Shown: piece after piece, positions 22,381-32,250 of the stretch
How the letters are laid out: each line of letters begins with the position of its first letter
Position numbering within the stretch: the first letter of the stretch is position 1
NCBI GenBank assembly: GCA_963805975.1
Contig: CAWDVR010000002.1
Location: 704,001-768,000 of the forward strand
DNA from: an uncultured Acidobacteriota bacterium
GTDB lineage: Bacteria > Acidobacteriota > Thermoanaerobaculia > Multivoradales > SZUA-115
Direction: 5' to 3'
Length of the DNA: 64,000 nucleotides
Made by a program: the position numbers and the translations under genes
Notes under the pieces: generated by a model
What the model saw: only the letters and a program-made list of their open reading frames with translations
Told to the model about the DNA's origin: nothing
Database searches by the model: none

Positions 22381-24939
22381 ATGTCGCCGAGATCGCCGGG
22401 CGGTCCTGGGAGCGCGCGCCTCCTCTACCTCGGCGCCGCCGGTTTCTTGCTGCTCGCCGCCTTCACTGCCGTCGCGGTCCGGCGCGAGTGGGCGCGGCAG
22501 GCAGGCCAGAGCCGGGCGGAGGCCATCTTCCAGCTCGTGCAGGGCACGGCGCCCACGCGCCCCACCGACTCGCCCGGCGCCGCGGCCTGGCTGCTCCACG
22601 AGCTGGCTCGCTACGGCCGGCTGCTCGAGGACCGCGGCCGCTCCCGCCTGTTCGGGGACGTCGTCGACTGGCGTGACACCACCTCGGTGCCGCCCCTCTT
22701 CGCGCCGTTGCGAGAGCTGCTCGCGACGCCGGTACGCGAGGCGCCCGCGCCGCTCTCCAGTGTGGCACCGGCGGACCTCGGCGAGCCGCCGGAGGCGAGC
22801 GCCTCGACGGTCTTCACGCTGCGGCGCCAGCTCTACCTCGAGCCGGAGGGGGCCGCCGAGCCAGCGAGCGCCCACGATCTCGTCTTCGTCGTCACGCGGC
22901 GGCGCGGGCTCGATACGGGCGAGGGCGACCCCGAGCCCTCGTCCAACCCCTTCCTCGCCGCCGCCGTGCCCCACCTCGCCTCGCTCGCCGGCCGGCTGCG
23001 CGAGCTGCTGGCGAAGGAGCCGCTGCCCGCCGTGCCAGAGGACCGGCCGCCGGTCCTGGTGCGGCTCTACGCGCTGTCCGAGGACGGCACCCTCGTCACC
23101 CTGCCGCTGCCGCTGGTGACGGACGGCGCCGCGCGGCGCCGCGCAATCCTCGCCGAGGGCCGCGAGCTGCGGAAGCTGCCGCAGCAGCCGAGCTTCGTGT
23201 CCAACGAGTTCTTCTTCCGCTTCGACTTTCGCCAGCCGGCAGGCGCCGGGAGGGGCGAGCAGAGCTTCTTCTCCGGCCCATACCTCGACCTAGGTGGCCA
23301 GGGCCTGGTGGCGACGCTCACCGTGCCGAAGAGCGAGACGCCGGGCGGCGTCCACTGGCTGGCCGGGGTCGACCTGAAGCTCGAGATCGACTGGTCGGCC
23401 TTCGCCCGCCGCATCGAGCTGCCGCTGGTCGCCGCGGCAGTCGAGGTCGAGACGCCGCTCGAAGCCCATCGCCCCTGGGGTCAGATCCACGACGCGCTCG
23501 CATCCGCCGGCGCTCCGGCCCTGGCCGCCGCCGTCGCGGTGCTCGCCGAGCGCGAGCCGCACGCCGATCTCGCGCCCGGGCAGCCCTACGTGCTGCACGG
23601 CGTGGCCGAGGGAGAGGGCGCGCTGGCGGCGTTCCAGGTCGCGGCCACCACGTGGCTGGTGGTGCTGTTCCCGCGCACCGGCTCCCACCTGCCGGTGGCA
23701 CCCCTGCTGCTCTCGGCGGCGAGCCTGGCGCTGCTCTTCGCCGGCTTCGAGCGCAACCGCCGGCGGGCCGAGCGGGCGCAGGCCAAGGCCGAGGGCGAGC
23801 TGGCCGAGAAGCAGAACCTGCTCAACACCATGCAGGTGCCGCTGATCGTGGTCGATCCCAACACCGACGTGGTGGTCTCCGCCAACCGCGCGGCGGAGAG
23901 CCTGGGCGTCGCGCCCGGCTCGCGCGTCGCCGACCTGGTGGAGGCCGAGCCGCGGGCCCGCGACCACTACCGGCGCATGCAGGTGGCGGGCGAGGCGGGA
24001 CGCCGCGCCTATGGCCTGCCGGTCTCCGTGCGCGGCGAGGCGGGGGCTTTCGAGCGCCGCTACGCCGTGGTGCGCTCGGTGGCGGTGACGGCGCCGATCG
24101 AGGCCCTGGGCGCCGACGAGCGCCACCGCCTCGGCATCCTCTTCCTGCTCGATCCGGAGGCGGACCTGGCGCTCCTCACCGAGGAGCTGGCGGCCACCAC
24201 CCGCCGCGACGAGCGCCGGCGGCTGGCCGGCCTCCTCACCCACGGCGTCGACACCCTGGTGCGCCTCCTCGCCCACGGCCTGGCCCGGGAGGATGGACGC
24301 GGCGCCGAGGGCCGCACCGGCGCACTCCACGCCTGGCTGGCCGGCTACGTGGACCAACGCCTCGCCGCCACCTGCTGGCTGCTCGACCACTGGGACGCGG
24401 AGCCGCCGCTCGCCGCCGAGTGCTCGGTCGAGGCGGCGCAGGCGCGGTCCACGCTCGAGCGCTTGACGAGCGTCTTCGCCGCCGCGGCCGCCGACCCCGA
24501 GCTGCGCTCGCGCCTGCACTGGGACAACGGCACGCTGTCCGGCCGGGCAGGCGCCGATGGGGGCTTGCTCGATCTCGAGCTCGACTGGCCGGAGGATTTC
24601 TGGCTCGCGAGCCCGGTGCGCGGCGGCTTCGGCTTCTTCCTCTCGGAGGTGCTGGTCAACGCCGTGCAGCACGGCCGGCCGGGCTCGACGCCACGGCTCT
24701 CGATCACTCTCGACCGCGTGCGCCGGGAGCTGGTCTTCGAGGCCGTCAACGAGGTGAGCGCGGCCCGGCCGCCGGCGCTCGCCGGCCCGGACGAGGGCTA
24801 CTCCGGCCGCCGGCTGCTCACCCGGCTGGCCCATCTCTTCGGTTGGAGGGGTCTTGCGTTCGTCGCGGAGGGCGGCGCGTTCCGCGTCTCGTGGCGCGCT
24901 CCCGCGGGAGAGCGCGGGGAGCCCGGGGAAGCAGACTGA
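22381..24939 (+). CDS. Membrane sensor: large extracytoplasmic Cache-like region, PAS, degenerate HATPase_c (histidine-kinase-like)
   Basis: Two TM regions; FSGPYLDLGGQGLVATLTVP..GVDL (Cache-like); LLNTMQVPLIVVD..ANRAAE (PAS); FLSEVLVNAVQHG (N-box); no clear DxGxG. Confidence 0.7.
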   Translation: MSPRSPGGPGSARLLYLGAAGFLLLAAFTAVAVRREWARQAGQSRAEAIFQLVQGTAPTRPTDSPGAAAWLLHELARYGRLLEDRGRSRLFGDVVDWRDTTSVPPLFAPLRELLATPVREAPAPLSSVAPADLGEPPEASASTVFTLRRQLYLEPEGAAEPASAHDLVFVVTRRRGLDTGEGDPEPSSNPFLAAAVPHLASLAGRLRELLAKEPLPAVPEDRPPVLVRLYALSEDGTLVTLPLPLVTDGAARRRAILAEGRELRKLPQQPSFVSNEFFFRFDFRQPAGAGRGEQSFFSGPYLDLGGQGLVATLTVPKSETPGGVHWLAGVDLKLEIDWSAFARRIELPLVAAAVEVETPLEAHRPWGQIHDALASAGAPALAAAVAVLAEREPHADLAPGQPYVLHGVAEGEGALAAFQVAATTWLVVLFPRTGSHLPVAPLLLSAASLALLFAGFERNRRRAERAQAKAEGELAEKQNLLNTMQVPLIVVDPNTDVVVSANRAAESLGVAPGSRVADLVEAEPRARDHYRRMQVAGEAGRRAYGLPVSVRGEAGAFERRYAVVRSVAVTAPIEALGADERHRLGILFLLDPEADLALLTEELAATTRRDERRRLAGLLTHGVDTLVRLLAHGLAREDGRGAEGRTGALHAWLAGYVDQRLAATCWLLDHWDAEPPLAAECSVEAAQARSTLERLTSVFAAAAADPELRSRLHWDNGTLSGRAGADGGLLDLELDWPEDFWLASPVRGGFGFFLSEVLVNAVQHGRPGSTPRLSITLDRVRRELVFEAVNEVSAARPPALAGPDEGYSGRRLLTRLAHLFGWRGLAFVAEGGAFRVSWRAPAGERGEPGEAD

Positions 24940-24984
24940 GCCGGCAAGCGGCGACCCGGCCGGGCCGCCGCTCCAGATCTTCAA

Positions 24985-25950
24985 CTAGGGAGCCGGGCCG
25001 ATCGGCTCGTCGACCGACGCGCATAGCACCTGGGCGCCGCCGATGCTGCCGGGCTGGACGCACACCCACTTGCAGTGGCGGTGGTCGTCGTCGCAGCCAT
25101 CGTCCGTCTCGTTCGGGTCCCAGTCGTCCTCGCTCGGGTTGCAATGGCAGGACTGGTAGGGGCAGAGCCCCGGCGGGCAGGAGGGCACCGCGCCCGCGCC
25201 GGCCGCGAGGGTCCAGGAGTTGCTGCCCCGCGAGCCGCCGCGGAGGGCGACCGGCGCCACGCCGGCGAGGAAGTTCGAGGGCTGCGGCAGCAGGGCGTTG
25301 GCCGTGCCGTCGCCATCGGTGTCCACTTTCACGGCCACGTGCTCGCCCGGGTCCTGCCACGCCCACACCGCGTGGTTGTCGGGGCCGAGGCGGACCTTCC
25401 GGTAGAGCTCCACGCGCGGGTTCGGGTTGCCGATCGCGGGCTCGAAGGCCACGCGCACGTTGAGCGCCAGGGGCGCCGCGTAGGTGCCGCCAAACTCCGA
25501 GGTCTTGGCGATCTTCATCCAGGTGGTCGGCTGCTCGCCGGCGAGCGCGACCTTGACGTCGTAGCTGCCGCAGGAGGTCGAGATCGGCTCAGCCGTCTCG
25601 AGCGCCAGGGCCAGGAGCTTGATCGGCGTCAGGCCGACGCCGTTCTCGTCGAGCACCACGTCCTCCAGGCGATGCACCACGGTGTCGATGCGGCCCAGGC
25701 TGCCCGCCGGCTCGGTCACCAGGCGGCCGCCCTGCAGCTTGATTTTGCTGGTGAAGGGCTGCGAGCCGGGGCAGAAGAAGCCGGCCGGCACCGGGTCCTT
25801 GTCGAAGGAAGTGAACGTCAACCCATCGCCCGCGGTCAGCCAGAAGTCGGTTCCACTCTGCACCACGTCTTTCGCCGCCACGGGCAGAGCCATGGCAGCC
25901 AGGATCGCGATGCCCGCCAGGAAGCAGGTACAGCTCTTCGAAAGCGTCAT
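24985..25950 (-). CDS. Secreted protein with Cys/His/Asp-rich C-terminal tail
   Basis: AAGGAGGAG RBS; signal peptide ending PVAA; DTDGDG; tail CPPGLCPYQSCHCNP...GCDDDHRHCKWVC...C. Confidence 0.75.
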   Translation of the reverse strand: MTLSKSCTCFLAGIAILAAMALPVAAKDVVQSGTDFWLTAGDGLTFTSFDKDPVPAGFFCPGSQPFTSKIKLQGGRLVTEPAGSLGRIDTVVHRLEDVVLDENGVGLTPIKLLALALETAEPISTSCGSYDVKVALAGEQPTTWMKIAKTSEFGGTYAAPLALNVRVAFEPAIGNPNPRVELYRKVRLGPDNHAVWAWQDPGEHVAVKVDTDGDGTANALLPQPSNFLAGVAPVALRGGSRGSNSWTLAAGAGAVPSCPPGLCPYQSCHCNPSEDDWDPNETDDGCDDDHRHCKWVCVQPGSIGGAQVLCASVDEPIGPAP

Positions 25951-26148
25951 CTCACTCCTCCTTGGGAGGCCTGCCGGAGAGAGGCGAGGCTAGCGCCACA
26001 GGCGGGCACCCGCCCTTCCGGCAGCCGGTTTGTGTCTTGAAGGACCGTCGAGTCCTCTAGGAGTGGGGTGCTCGCCGGAGGCGGTTCGTGACGGCGAGGC
26101 TCGCCGCAGGTGTCGACAGGCCGCGAGATGGATCGGCGATACCCAGCC

Positions 26149-26173
26149 GATAGCACGGGGTCCGTGCTATCGT
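26149..26173 (+). promoter_or_regulatory. higBA1 operator overlapping an extended -10
   Basis: Perfect inverted repeat GATAGCACGG-ggt-CCGTGCTATC (26149-26171); TGcTATCGT lies 6 nt before GTG 26180. Confidence 0.75.
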
Positions 26174-26179
26174 GTCAAC

Positions 26180-26473
26180 GTGATCCGGACCTTCAAGGAT
26201 GCCGGGACCGAGGACATCTTCAACGGCCGCAACACACGGGTCGCACGACAGACCTGCCCCGCCGGCATCTGGCGGATCGCCACCCGTAAGCTCGATCAGC
26301 TCGACTCTGTCACCCGCCTCGAGGAGTTGCGGATTCCACCAGCCAACCGCCTGGAAGAGCTGAAAGGCGACCGCCGGGGACAACACAGCATCCGGATCAA
26401 TGACCAGTATCGGATCTGTTTCGTGTGGACGTCGGAGGGACCCTTCGACGCAGAGATCGTGGACTACCATTGA
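26180..26473 (+). CDS. higB: HigB (RelE-superfamily) toxin
   Basis: IRTFKDAGTEDIFNG, PPANRLEELKGDRRGQHSIRINDQYRICFVW, EIVDYH. Confidence 0.95.
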   Translation: MIRTFKDAGTEDIFNGRNTRVARQTCPAGIWRIATRKLDQLDSVTRLEELRIPPANRLEELKGDRRGQHSIRINDQYRICFVWTSEGPFDAEIVDYH

Positions 26474-26489
26474 GCAGGGGAAAACAGCC

Positions 26490-26807
26490 ATGATTCGAGT
26501 ACCCACCCACCGGCCACCAACCCATCCCGGAGAAATGCTCCTCGAGGAGTTCTTGAAGCCCATGGGGCTCACGCAGCGCGACTTGGCTTCCGGCATCCGC
26601 GTGCCGTACCAGAGAGTCAACGATCTGGTGAACGGGCGCCGGGGAGTGACTCCCAGCACTGCCCTCCGCCTCGCCCGGTATTTCGGAACGTCCCCTGATC
26701 TCTGGATGAACCTGCAACTGCGCTGGGACCTCTACCACGCCCAGCAGTCCGAGGACGCCGCGCTGCGGCAGATTCGACAGGTGAAGCCACCGGTCCGGGC
26801 GGCGTGA
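26490..26807 (+). CDS. higA: HigA antitoxin (XRE HTH)
   Basis: PTHPGEMLLEEFLKPMGLTQ, RGVTPSTALRLARYFGTSPDLWMNLQ. Confidence 0.95.
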   Translation: MIRVPTHRPPTHPGEMLLEEFLKPMGLTQRDLASGIRVPYQRVNDLVNGRRGVTPSTALRLARYFGTSPDLWMNLQLRWDLYHAQQSEDAALRQIRQVKPPVRAA

Positions 26808-26959
26808 GAAACGTCATCCGTGGCCTGCTCGAAGGGTGCTGGCGGCGCTAAACACGCTAGCGGCTGATGCCGACCGACGAAACCGGCGTACCGCCGCGCC
26901 CGTAGAGCAGGGCACTGCCACCTCGAACGGCGAGGCTGGACCAATCTGCGGAGAATGTG

Positions 26960-27138
26960 ATGCGGAACGGCGTGGGATCTGGTTCTCGTCTCCTGTGCTG
27001 GCTGGTCCTCGCCCTACTTCCCTGGACCCTCGCCTCCGCCCAGCCCCTGGAGGAGCCGACATCCGAGCCTTCGCCGACGTGCGGCACACCCTCCGCGGCG
27101 GCCGGCTGATCTACTCCGCTCCCCCGGCAACGCCCTGA
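26960..27138 (+). pseudogene. Probable internally deleted secreted amidohydrolase remnant
   Basis: GGAGA RBS and ATG 26960 give a signal peptide (LLCWLVLALLPWTLASAQ; 49-aa ORF to 27109). An overlapping frame gives ADIRAFADVRHTLRGGRLIY, typical of amidohydrolase C-termini. Confidence 0.4.
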
Positions 27139-27311
27139 CCTCCACTCTCAGAGAGCGCCGGTCGAGCAATTTGTGCCGCGGTCGTTGCAGGGGCTTCCGT
27201 GAAAAGTAGGCCCGACCTGCATTCCTCGGGCGACGCAGGTCTGGCTGGCAGCTTGCAGCCTCGAGCCGAGCGGGCCGAGCGAATCGGCACTCCGCGAGAC
27301 CAGGAGGCACG

Positions 27312-27647
27312 ATGGCTGAAAAGGCTCCGAAGTCCCTGCAAGGCAAGACAGTCCGCTGGACCTTCGACGAGGGCCCCACCCAGGGAACGACCTACGAGCA
27401 CCGGTTTGGCGACGATGGAACGGTGGTGTGGAGCGTGGTGAAAGGGGAGGGGGAGGGCAAGTCGGGACCCGAAACGAAGTGCGCCGTCGAGAGAGTGACG
27501 CCCGACGTTCACGTCGTCTCCTACCTTTCCGAGTCGGGCTACACCCTCACCGCCGTGCTGAGCTTCGCCGACATGAGCGTTCTCTCCTTCGCTTCGAACG
27601 AGAAGCAATGGTTCCAGGCGAAAGGGAGCTTCGAGATCGTGGAGTGA
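27312..27647 (+). CDS. MoaF N-terminal-like / phenolic-acid-decarboxylase-like beta-barrel protein
   Basis: AGGAGG RBS; LQGKTVRWTFDEGP..G.TYEHRF, VVSYLSESGYTLT. Confidence 0.7.
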   Translation: MAEKAPKSLQGKTVRWTFDEGPTQGTTYEHRFGDDGTVVWSVVKGEGEGKSGPETKCAVERVTPDVHVVSYLSESGYTLTAVLSFADMSVLSFASNEKQWFQAKGSFEIVE

Positions 27648-27698
27648 ACGCCGCCGGCAGAGTCGTAGGGCCCTCGAGATGCCATACGATCGCCGGCC

Positions 27699-28466
27699 AT
27701 GACGGACCCGGCTTCGAACCCGCCCGGCGACCGCCGCACGCCCTCGCCCGTCTACCAGCTTTTCATGCTGGTGCTCTGCCTCTTCGCCCTGGCGGCGCTG
27801 GCAGTGCAGACCACGATCCGCATCCAGCCCGAGACGAGCGCGATCCTCGACTACGCGGACTATGTCGTCTGTCTCGTGTTCCTCGCAGACTTCCTGTGGA
27901 GCCTGCTCCGCGCGCCGAATCGCTGGCGCTATTTCGCCACCTGGGGCTGGCTCGACCTCCTCTCCTCGATCCCGGCCGTCGACATGGCACGCTGGGGCCG
28001 CGCGGCGCGCATCCTCCGCATCTTCCGCGTGCTGCGCGCGCTCAAGGCCACCAAGCTGCTGGCGACCCTGATCCTGCGCAAACGGGCCCAAAGCAGCGCC
28101 TTGGCCGCCAGCCTGGTCGCCCTGCTGCTGGTGGTCTTCTGCAGCATCGCCGTGCTGCACTTCGAGACTGACCCCGCCTCGAACATCAAGACGGCCGAGG
28201 ACGCCCTGTGGTGGGCCTGCGAAACCATCACCACCGTGGGGTACGGCGACCGCTTCCCGGTGACCTCCGAGGGCCGCTTCGTGGCGGTCGTGCTGATGGG
28301 CGCCGGGGTGGGTCTCTTCGGCATCTTCTCCGGCTTCCTGGCCGCCTGGTTCCTGGGACCGCAGGAAGCCGAGGAGGAGATCGAGACCCAGAACGAGCTC
28401 GCGGCGCTCCGCGAGGAGATCCGGGCGCTGCGCCGCGACCTGGCGGCCGATCCTCGCCGCGGCTGA
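27699..28466 (+). CDS. 6-TM voltage-gated-type potassium channel
   Basis: S4-like [16 protein letters not shown]; pore [16 protein letters not shown]; C-terminal coiled coil. Confidence 0.93.
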   Translation: MTDPASNPPGDRRTPSPVYQLFMLVLCLFALAALAVQTTIRIQPETSAILDYADYVVCLVFLADFLWSLLRAPNRWRYFATWGWLDLLSSIPAVDMARWGRAARILRIFRVLRALKATKLLATLILRKRAQSSALAASLVALLLVVFCSIAVLHFETDPASNIKTAEDALWWACETITTVGYGDRFPVTSEGRFVAVVLMGAGVGLFGIFSGFLAAWFLGPQEAEEEIETQNELAALREEIRALRRDLAADPRRG

Positions 28467-28492
28467 GCGGCCAACCACAAGGAGAGAGGCGG

Positions 28493-29821
28493 ATGGGTGC
28501 GGTCGACGTGGCGGTGGTGGGGGCCGGGGCGGCCGGGCTGACGGCGGCCGGGGAGCTGGTCCGGCTTGGGTACGAGGTGGCCGTTCTCGAGGCGCGCGAC
28601 CGCGTTGGCGGGCGCATCCTCACCCACCGCGATGCGCGGGTGCCGGTGCCCATCGAGCTGGGAGCCGAGTTCATCCACGGCGAGGCGGCCGAGACCCGGC
28701 GCCTGCTCGCGGCGGCGAGCCTGGTGGCGTGCGACGTCGCGGGCGATCACTGGGCCGCCACCGGCGGCAAGCTGCGCCGCGTCGACTTCTGGAAGGGCAT
28801 CGACCGCGTGCTGGGGCACATCGACCCCCAGGCCCAGGACGAGAGCTGGGCGGACTTTCTCGCCCGCAAGCCCGGCGGCCGCTCGCTCGCCCGCGATCGA
28901 GCAGATGCGCGCGAGTTCGTGGAGAGCTTTCACGCCGCCGACCTCGCCGAGATCAGCACGCTTTCCCTCGCGCCGCAGGAGGGTGAGGCAGCGAGCGACT
29001 CCGCGGCACGCATCGGCCGGGTGGTCGGCGGCTACGACCAAGTTCCGGGTTGGCTGGCGCGGGACCTGGGCAGCGCGCTGCGCCTCTCGACGCGGGTGAC
29101 GGAGATCGCCTGGAGAAAGGGGCTCGTGGAGCTCACGTTACGGCACGGCTCGGGTGGCACCTCTCGCGTTCGGGCGCGCGCCGCCGTGGTCACGGTGCCG
29201 ATCGGGGTGCTCCAGGCACCATCGGGCTCGACCGGAGGGCTCCGCCTCGACCCCGATCCGCCCCGCATCCGGCGGGCCCTGGGCCGGCTCACCATGGGCT
29301 CGGTCGAACGCCTGGTGCTCTGGTTCCAGGACGATCCATGGAAAAAGCTGTCGGCCTCCCCGGAGGAGCGGGACCTCGAACGGATGAGCTTCCTCCACAC
29401 CCTCGGTGGCCCGTACCAGGTGTGGTGGACGGCCTACCCCACTCGCTTTCCGCTCACCGTCGCCTGGAGCGGCGGCCTGCGGGCCGTGGGCCTGGCGAGG
29501 AAACCACCTCGGGAGCTCGAGGCCATCGCCCTCGGTTGCCTGGCGGAGCGCCTGGGTACCTCCCGGCGCCGCCTCGCCTCCAAGGTGGAGGCGATCTGGA
29601 CCCACGACTGGGACGACGATCCCTACGCCCGCGGCGCCTACAGCTACGCCCGCGTGGGTGGAGCGGAAGCGGCGCGCGAGCTCGCCCGGCCGGTGGCGGC
29701 GACACTCTTCTTTGCCGGCGAAGCGAGCGACGTCCAGGGCCAGACCGGGACGGTCGAGGGTGCGATCGCGAGCGGGCGGCGGGCGGCCCGCCAGGCGGCG
29801 CGGGCGCTCGGTCGCAAGTGA
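28493..29821 (+). CDS. Flavin monoamine oxidase family protein
   Basis: [51 protein letters not shown]. Confidence 0.92.
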   Translation: MGAVDVAVVGAGAAGLTAAGELVRLGYEVAVLEARDRVGGRILTHRDARVPVPIELGAEFIHGEAAETRRLLAAASLVACDVAGDHWAATGGKLRRVDFWKGIDRVLGHIDPQAQDESWADFLARKPGGRSLARDRADAREFVESFHAADLAEISTLSLAPQEGEAASDSAARIGRVVGGYDQVPGWLARDLGSALRLSTRVTEIAWRKGLVELTLRHGSGGTSRVRARAAVVTVPIGVLQAPSGSTGGLRLDPDPPRIRRALGRLTMGSVERLVLWFQDDPWKKLSASPEERDLERMSFLHTLGGPYQVWWTAYPTRFPLTVAWSGGLRAVGLARKPPRELEAIALGCLAERLGTSRRRLASKVEAIWTHDWDDDPYARGAYSYARVGGAEAARELARPVAATLFFAGEASDVQGQTGTVEGAIASGRRAARQAARALGRK

Positions 29822-29833
29822 CCCTCGGTGCGG

Positions 29834-29930
29834 GTTCGGATGTCGATCCGGTCAGCCTTGGCCGGAGCGCAGCGTGACCCGCAGGGGGCGTCGAGCACCG
29901 GACCAAGGCTGACCGGATCGACATCCGAAC
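29834..29930. repeat. REPIN-like element: perfect 28-bp inverted repeat with a 41-bp spacer
   Basis: GTTCGGATGTCGATCCGGTCAGCCTTGG (29834-29861) and its exact reverse complement (29903-29930); each arm has the hairpin CGGAT-N4-ATCCG. Confidence 0.85.
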
Positions 29931-30023
29931 GCCTTCCTCGTGGGCGGAGCGCTTGTCGCTTCTCCCCCGCTCTGGTAGAACGGCGTCTCGTCGACGACTC
30001 GCTCCTACCTCCCGGAGGCTGTG

Positions 30024-30572
30024 ATGGGCTCGAAGAATCGATTCTCCGCTCTCGGCATGCTGGCGGCGATGGCGGCGCTGGTGCTGCCCTCCTGCAACGC
30101 TGCCGCCGCCGACCCGCCGGTCGTGGGCAGCCCGGCGCCCGACTTCAACCTGCCGACCCAGGAGGGCAAGACGGCCGCCCTCAAAGACTTCCGCGGCAAA
30201 TGGGTGGTGCTCTATTTCTACCCCAAGGACGCCACCCCCGGCTGCACCGTCGAGGCTCGCAACTTCCAGCGCGACCTCGCCAAGTACGAGCAGGTCAACG
30301 CCGTGGTGCTCGGGGTCAGCGTCGACAGTGCCGACTCCCACAAGGAGTTCTGCGCCAAGGAGGGCATCTCCTTCAAGCTGCTCTCCGACTCGGAGGCCCA
30401 GGCCTCGTCCGCCTACGGCTCGCTCAGCAGCTACGCGGGCATGAAGCTCTCCGCGCGCAACACCTTCCTGATCGACCCCGAGGGCAAGGTCGCGAGAGTC
30501 TTCCTCAAAGTCCAGCCGCGCGAGCACAGCGACGAGGTGCTGGCGGCGCTCGCCGAGCTGCAGAAGGGGTAG
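30024..30572 (+). CDS. bcp: Exported peroxiredoxin (BCP/PrxQ)
   Basis: GGAGG RBS; N-terminal signal or lipoprotein-like peptide; WVVLYFYPKDATPGCTVEA, HKEFC, ARNTFLIDPEG. Confidence 0.88.
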   Translation: MGSKNRFSALGMLAAMAALVLPSCNAAAADPPVVGSPAPDFNLPTQEGKTAALKDFRGKWVVLYFYPKDATPGCTVEARNFQRDLAKYEQVNAVVLGVSVDSADSHKEFCAKEGISFKLLSDSEAQASSAYGSLSSYAGMKLSARNTFLIDPEGKVARVFLKVQPREHSDEVLAALAELQKG

Positions 30573-30576
30573 CGCG

Positions 30577-31647
30577 GTGAGCGAGGCGGAGCACGGAGCG
30601 GGGGGCGACGAGCTGCCCGCGCTCTACCATGCCGCGGTGGCCAACGACCTGCCGCGGGTGCGCCACTTGCTCGCGGAGGGCGCCGATCCCAACGACGGCG
30701 AGTCGGTCTACCACGCGGCCGAGCTCGACCATCGCGAGGTCCTGGAGATCCTGCTCGAGCACGGCGCGGACCTCTCGCGCCGGGACCCCAGGTGGGAGAA
30801 CACGCCGCTGTACTTCATCTCCGGATACCGTGAGCTTCATCCCGGCTGCGCTGCCGCCACGCGCGGCATGCAATGGCTCCTGGAGCACGGCGCCGACCCC
30901 AACGTGACGAGCTCCGCCAAGGTGGAGACGCCACTCCACGCCGTGGCCGGCCATGGGCGCAGCCCGGCGGTGGCCGAGCTGCTGCTGGCGCACGGCGCGG
31001 AGGTCGACAAACCACGCGCCGACGGCCGCACGGCCTACGCTCTGGCGGTCCGTTCGGGCAACGAGGCGATGGCCGCCTTCCTGCGCGAGCGCGGCGCGGA
31101 CCCCGGCCGCCTGCTGGCCGCTGACGAGCTCCTCGGCGCCTGCATGCGGGCGGACGAAACGGCGGCGCGGGAGGTCCTGGCCCGCCACCCGGGCCTCGTC
31201 GCCGAGCTGACGCCGGAGGAGCGGAACATGACCACCGTCGCCGCCGAGGAAGGCCGCGAGGCGAGCCTCCGCCTGATGGCCGAGCTGGGCCTCGACCTCG
31301 CCGCGGAAGGCGAGTGGGCCGGCACCCCGCTCCATCGCGCAGCCTGGCACGGCAACCCGGCGGTGGTGCGCGTGCTCCTCGGGCTGGGGGCGCCGGTCAA
31401 CGCGCGCGATCGCGAGTTCGGCAGCTCGCCCCTCGGCTGGGCGGCGCACGGCTCCACCCACTGCCGCCAGGCGGATGCAGACTACGTGGCCGTGGTCGAG
31501 CTGCTCTTCGCCGCCGGCGCGGAGCGCGAGGCCGCGGTCAATCGCTGGGGCGAGCCGCCCGAGAGCATGGCGCAGCCGGCGGTCGCGGCGGTGATCGCGG
31601 ACCGGCCCGGCCCCGAAGAGCGCCGTTCGCCCCCTACCCCATGCTGA
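30577..31647 (+). CDS. Ankyrin repeat protein
   Basis: Repeated TPLH.A...G...V..LL..GA.VN units. Confidence 0.9.
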   Translation: MSEAEHGAGGDELPALYHAAVANDLPRVRHLLAEGADPNDGESVYHAAELDHREVLEILLEHGADLSRRDPRWENTPLYFISGYRELHPGCAAATRGMQWLLEHGADPNVTSSAKVETPLHAVAGHGRSPAVAELLLAHGAEVDKPRADGRTAYALAVRSGNEAMAAFLRERGADPGRLLAADELLGACMRADETAAREVLARHPGLVAELTPEERNMTTVAAEEGREASLRLMAELGLDLAAEGEWAGTPLHRAAWHGNPAVVRVLLGLGAPVNARDREFGSSPLGWAAHGSTHCRQADADYVAVVELLFAAGAEREAAVNRWGEPPESMAQPAVAAVIADRPGPEERRSPPTPC

Positions 31648-32240
31648 CCCGGCCGGCACCTTCCCCTCCCACACTCTCGCAGCCGGGCCGGCTGGCGCCC
31701 TTCCTGCTGGCGGACGGCAGCGGGCCGGCGCGCTGGCAGACGACGCTCGACGTCGGCTGGGATGGCGACCGCCTCGCGCTTCGCTTCGAGTGCCAGGACG
31801 ACGACGCCTGGGGCACCATGACCCGCCGCGACGACCCGCTATGGCAGGAGGAAGTCGTGGAGGTGTTCCTGGCGCCGGGTGAGGCGGACCCCAAGGAGTA
31901 CTTCGAGATCGAGGTCAGCCCCTTGGGTACACTCTTCGACGCCCGGATCTCGAACCCCACCCCACGGCGCGCGGACCTGCGGGTCGACCGCTCGTGGGAC
32001 TGTCCCGGGATCGAGTGGCGAGCCGGCCGCGGTGAGGGGAGGAACGACTGGTGGGCGGAGATCTCGCTGCCCTGGCGGAGCCTGGCGCCCGAGGGGACGC
32101 TGCCCGCCGTGTGGCGCGCGAACTTCTACCGCATCGAGCGCCCTTTGGGCGGCGGCGTCGAGTACTCCTGCTGGTCCCCCACCTGGACCGAGCCGGCCGA
32201 CTTCCACCGCCCGGAACGGTTCGGGAAGCTGATCCTCTGA
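31641..32240 (+). CDS. CBM9-like/DOMON-like domain protein
   Basis: RDDPLWQEEVVEVFL, YFEIEVSPLG, WRANFYRI, WSPT...FHRPERFG. Confidence 0.85.
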   Translation: MLTRPAPSPPTLSQPGRLAPFLLADGSGPARWQTTLDVGWDGDRLALRFECQDDDAWGTMTRRDDPLWQEEVVEVFLAPGEADPKEYFEIEVSPLGTLFDARISNPTPRRADLRVDRSWDCPGIEWRAGRGEGRNDWWAEISLPWRSLAPEGTLPAVWRANFYRIERPLGGGVEYSCWSPTWTEPADFHRPERFGKLIL

Positions 32241-32250
32241 CAGGCCCCCT

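Noticed and set aside
24947-24972. GC hairpin between convergent genes as an intrinsic terminator
   Set aside because: The stem is present but there is no convincing U-tract on either strand, so it was not called.
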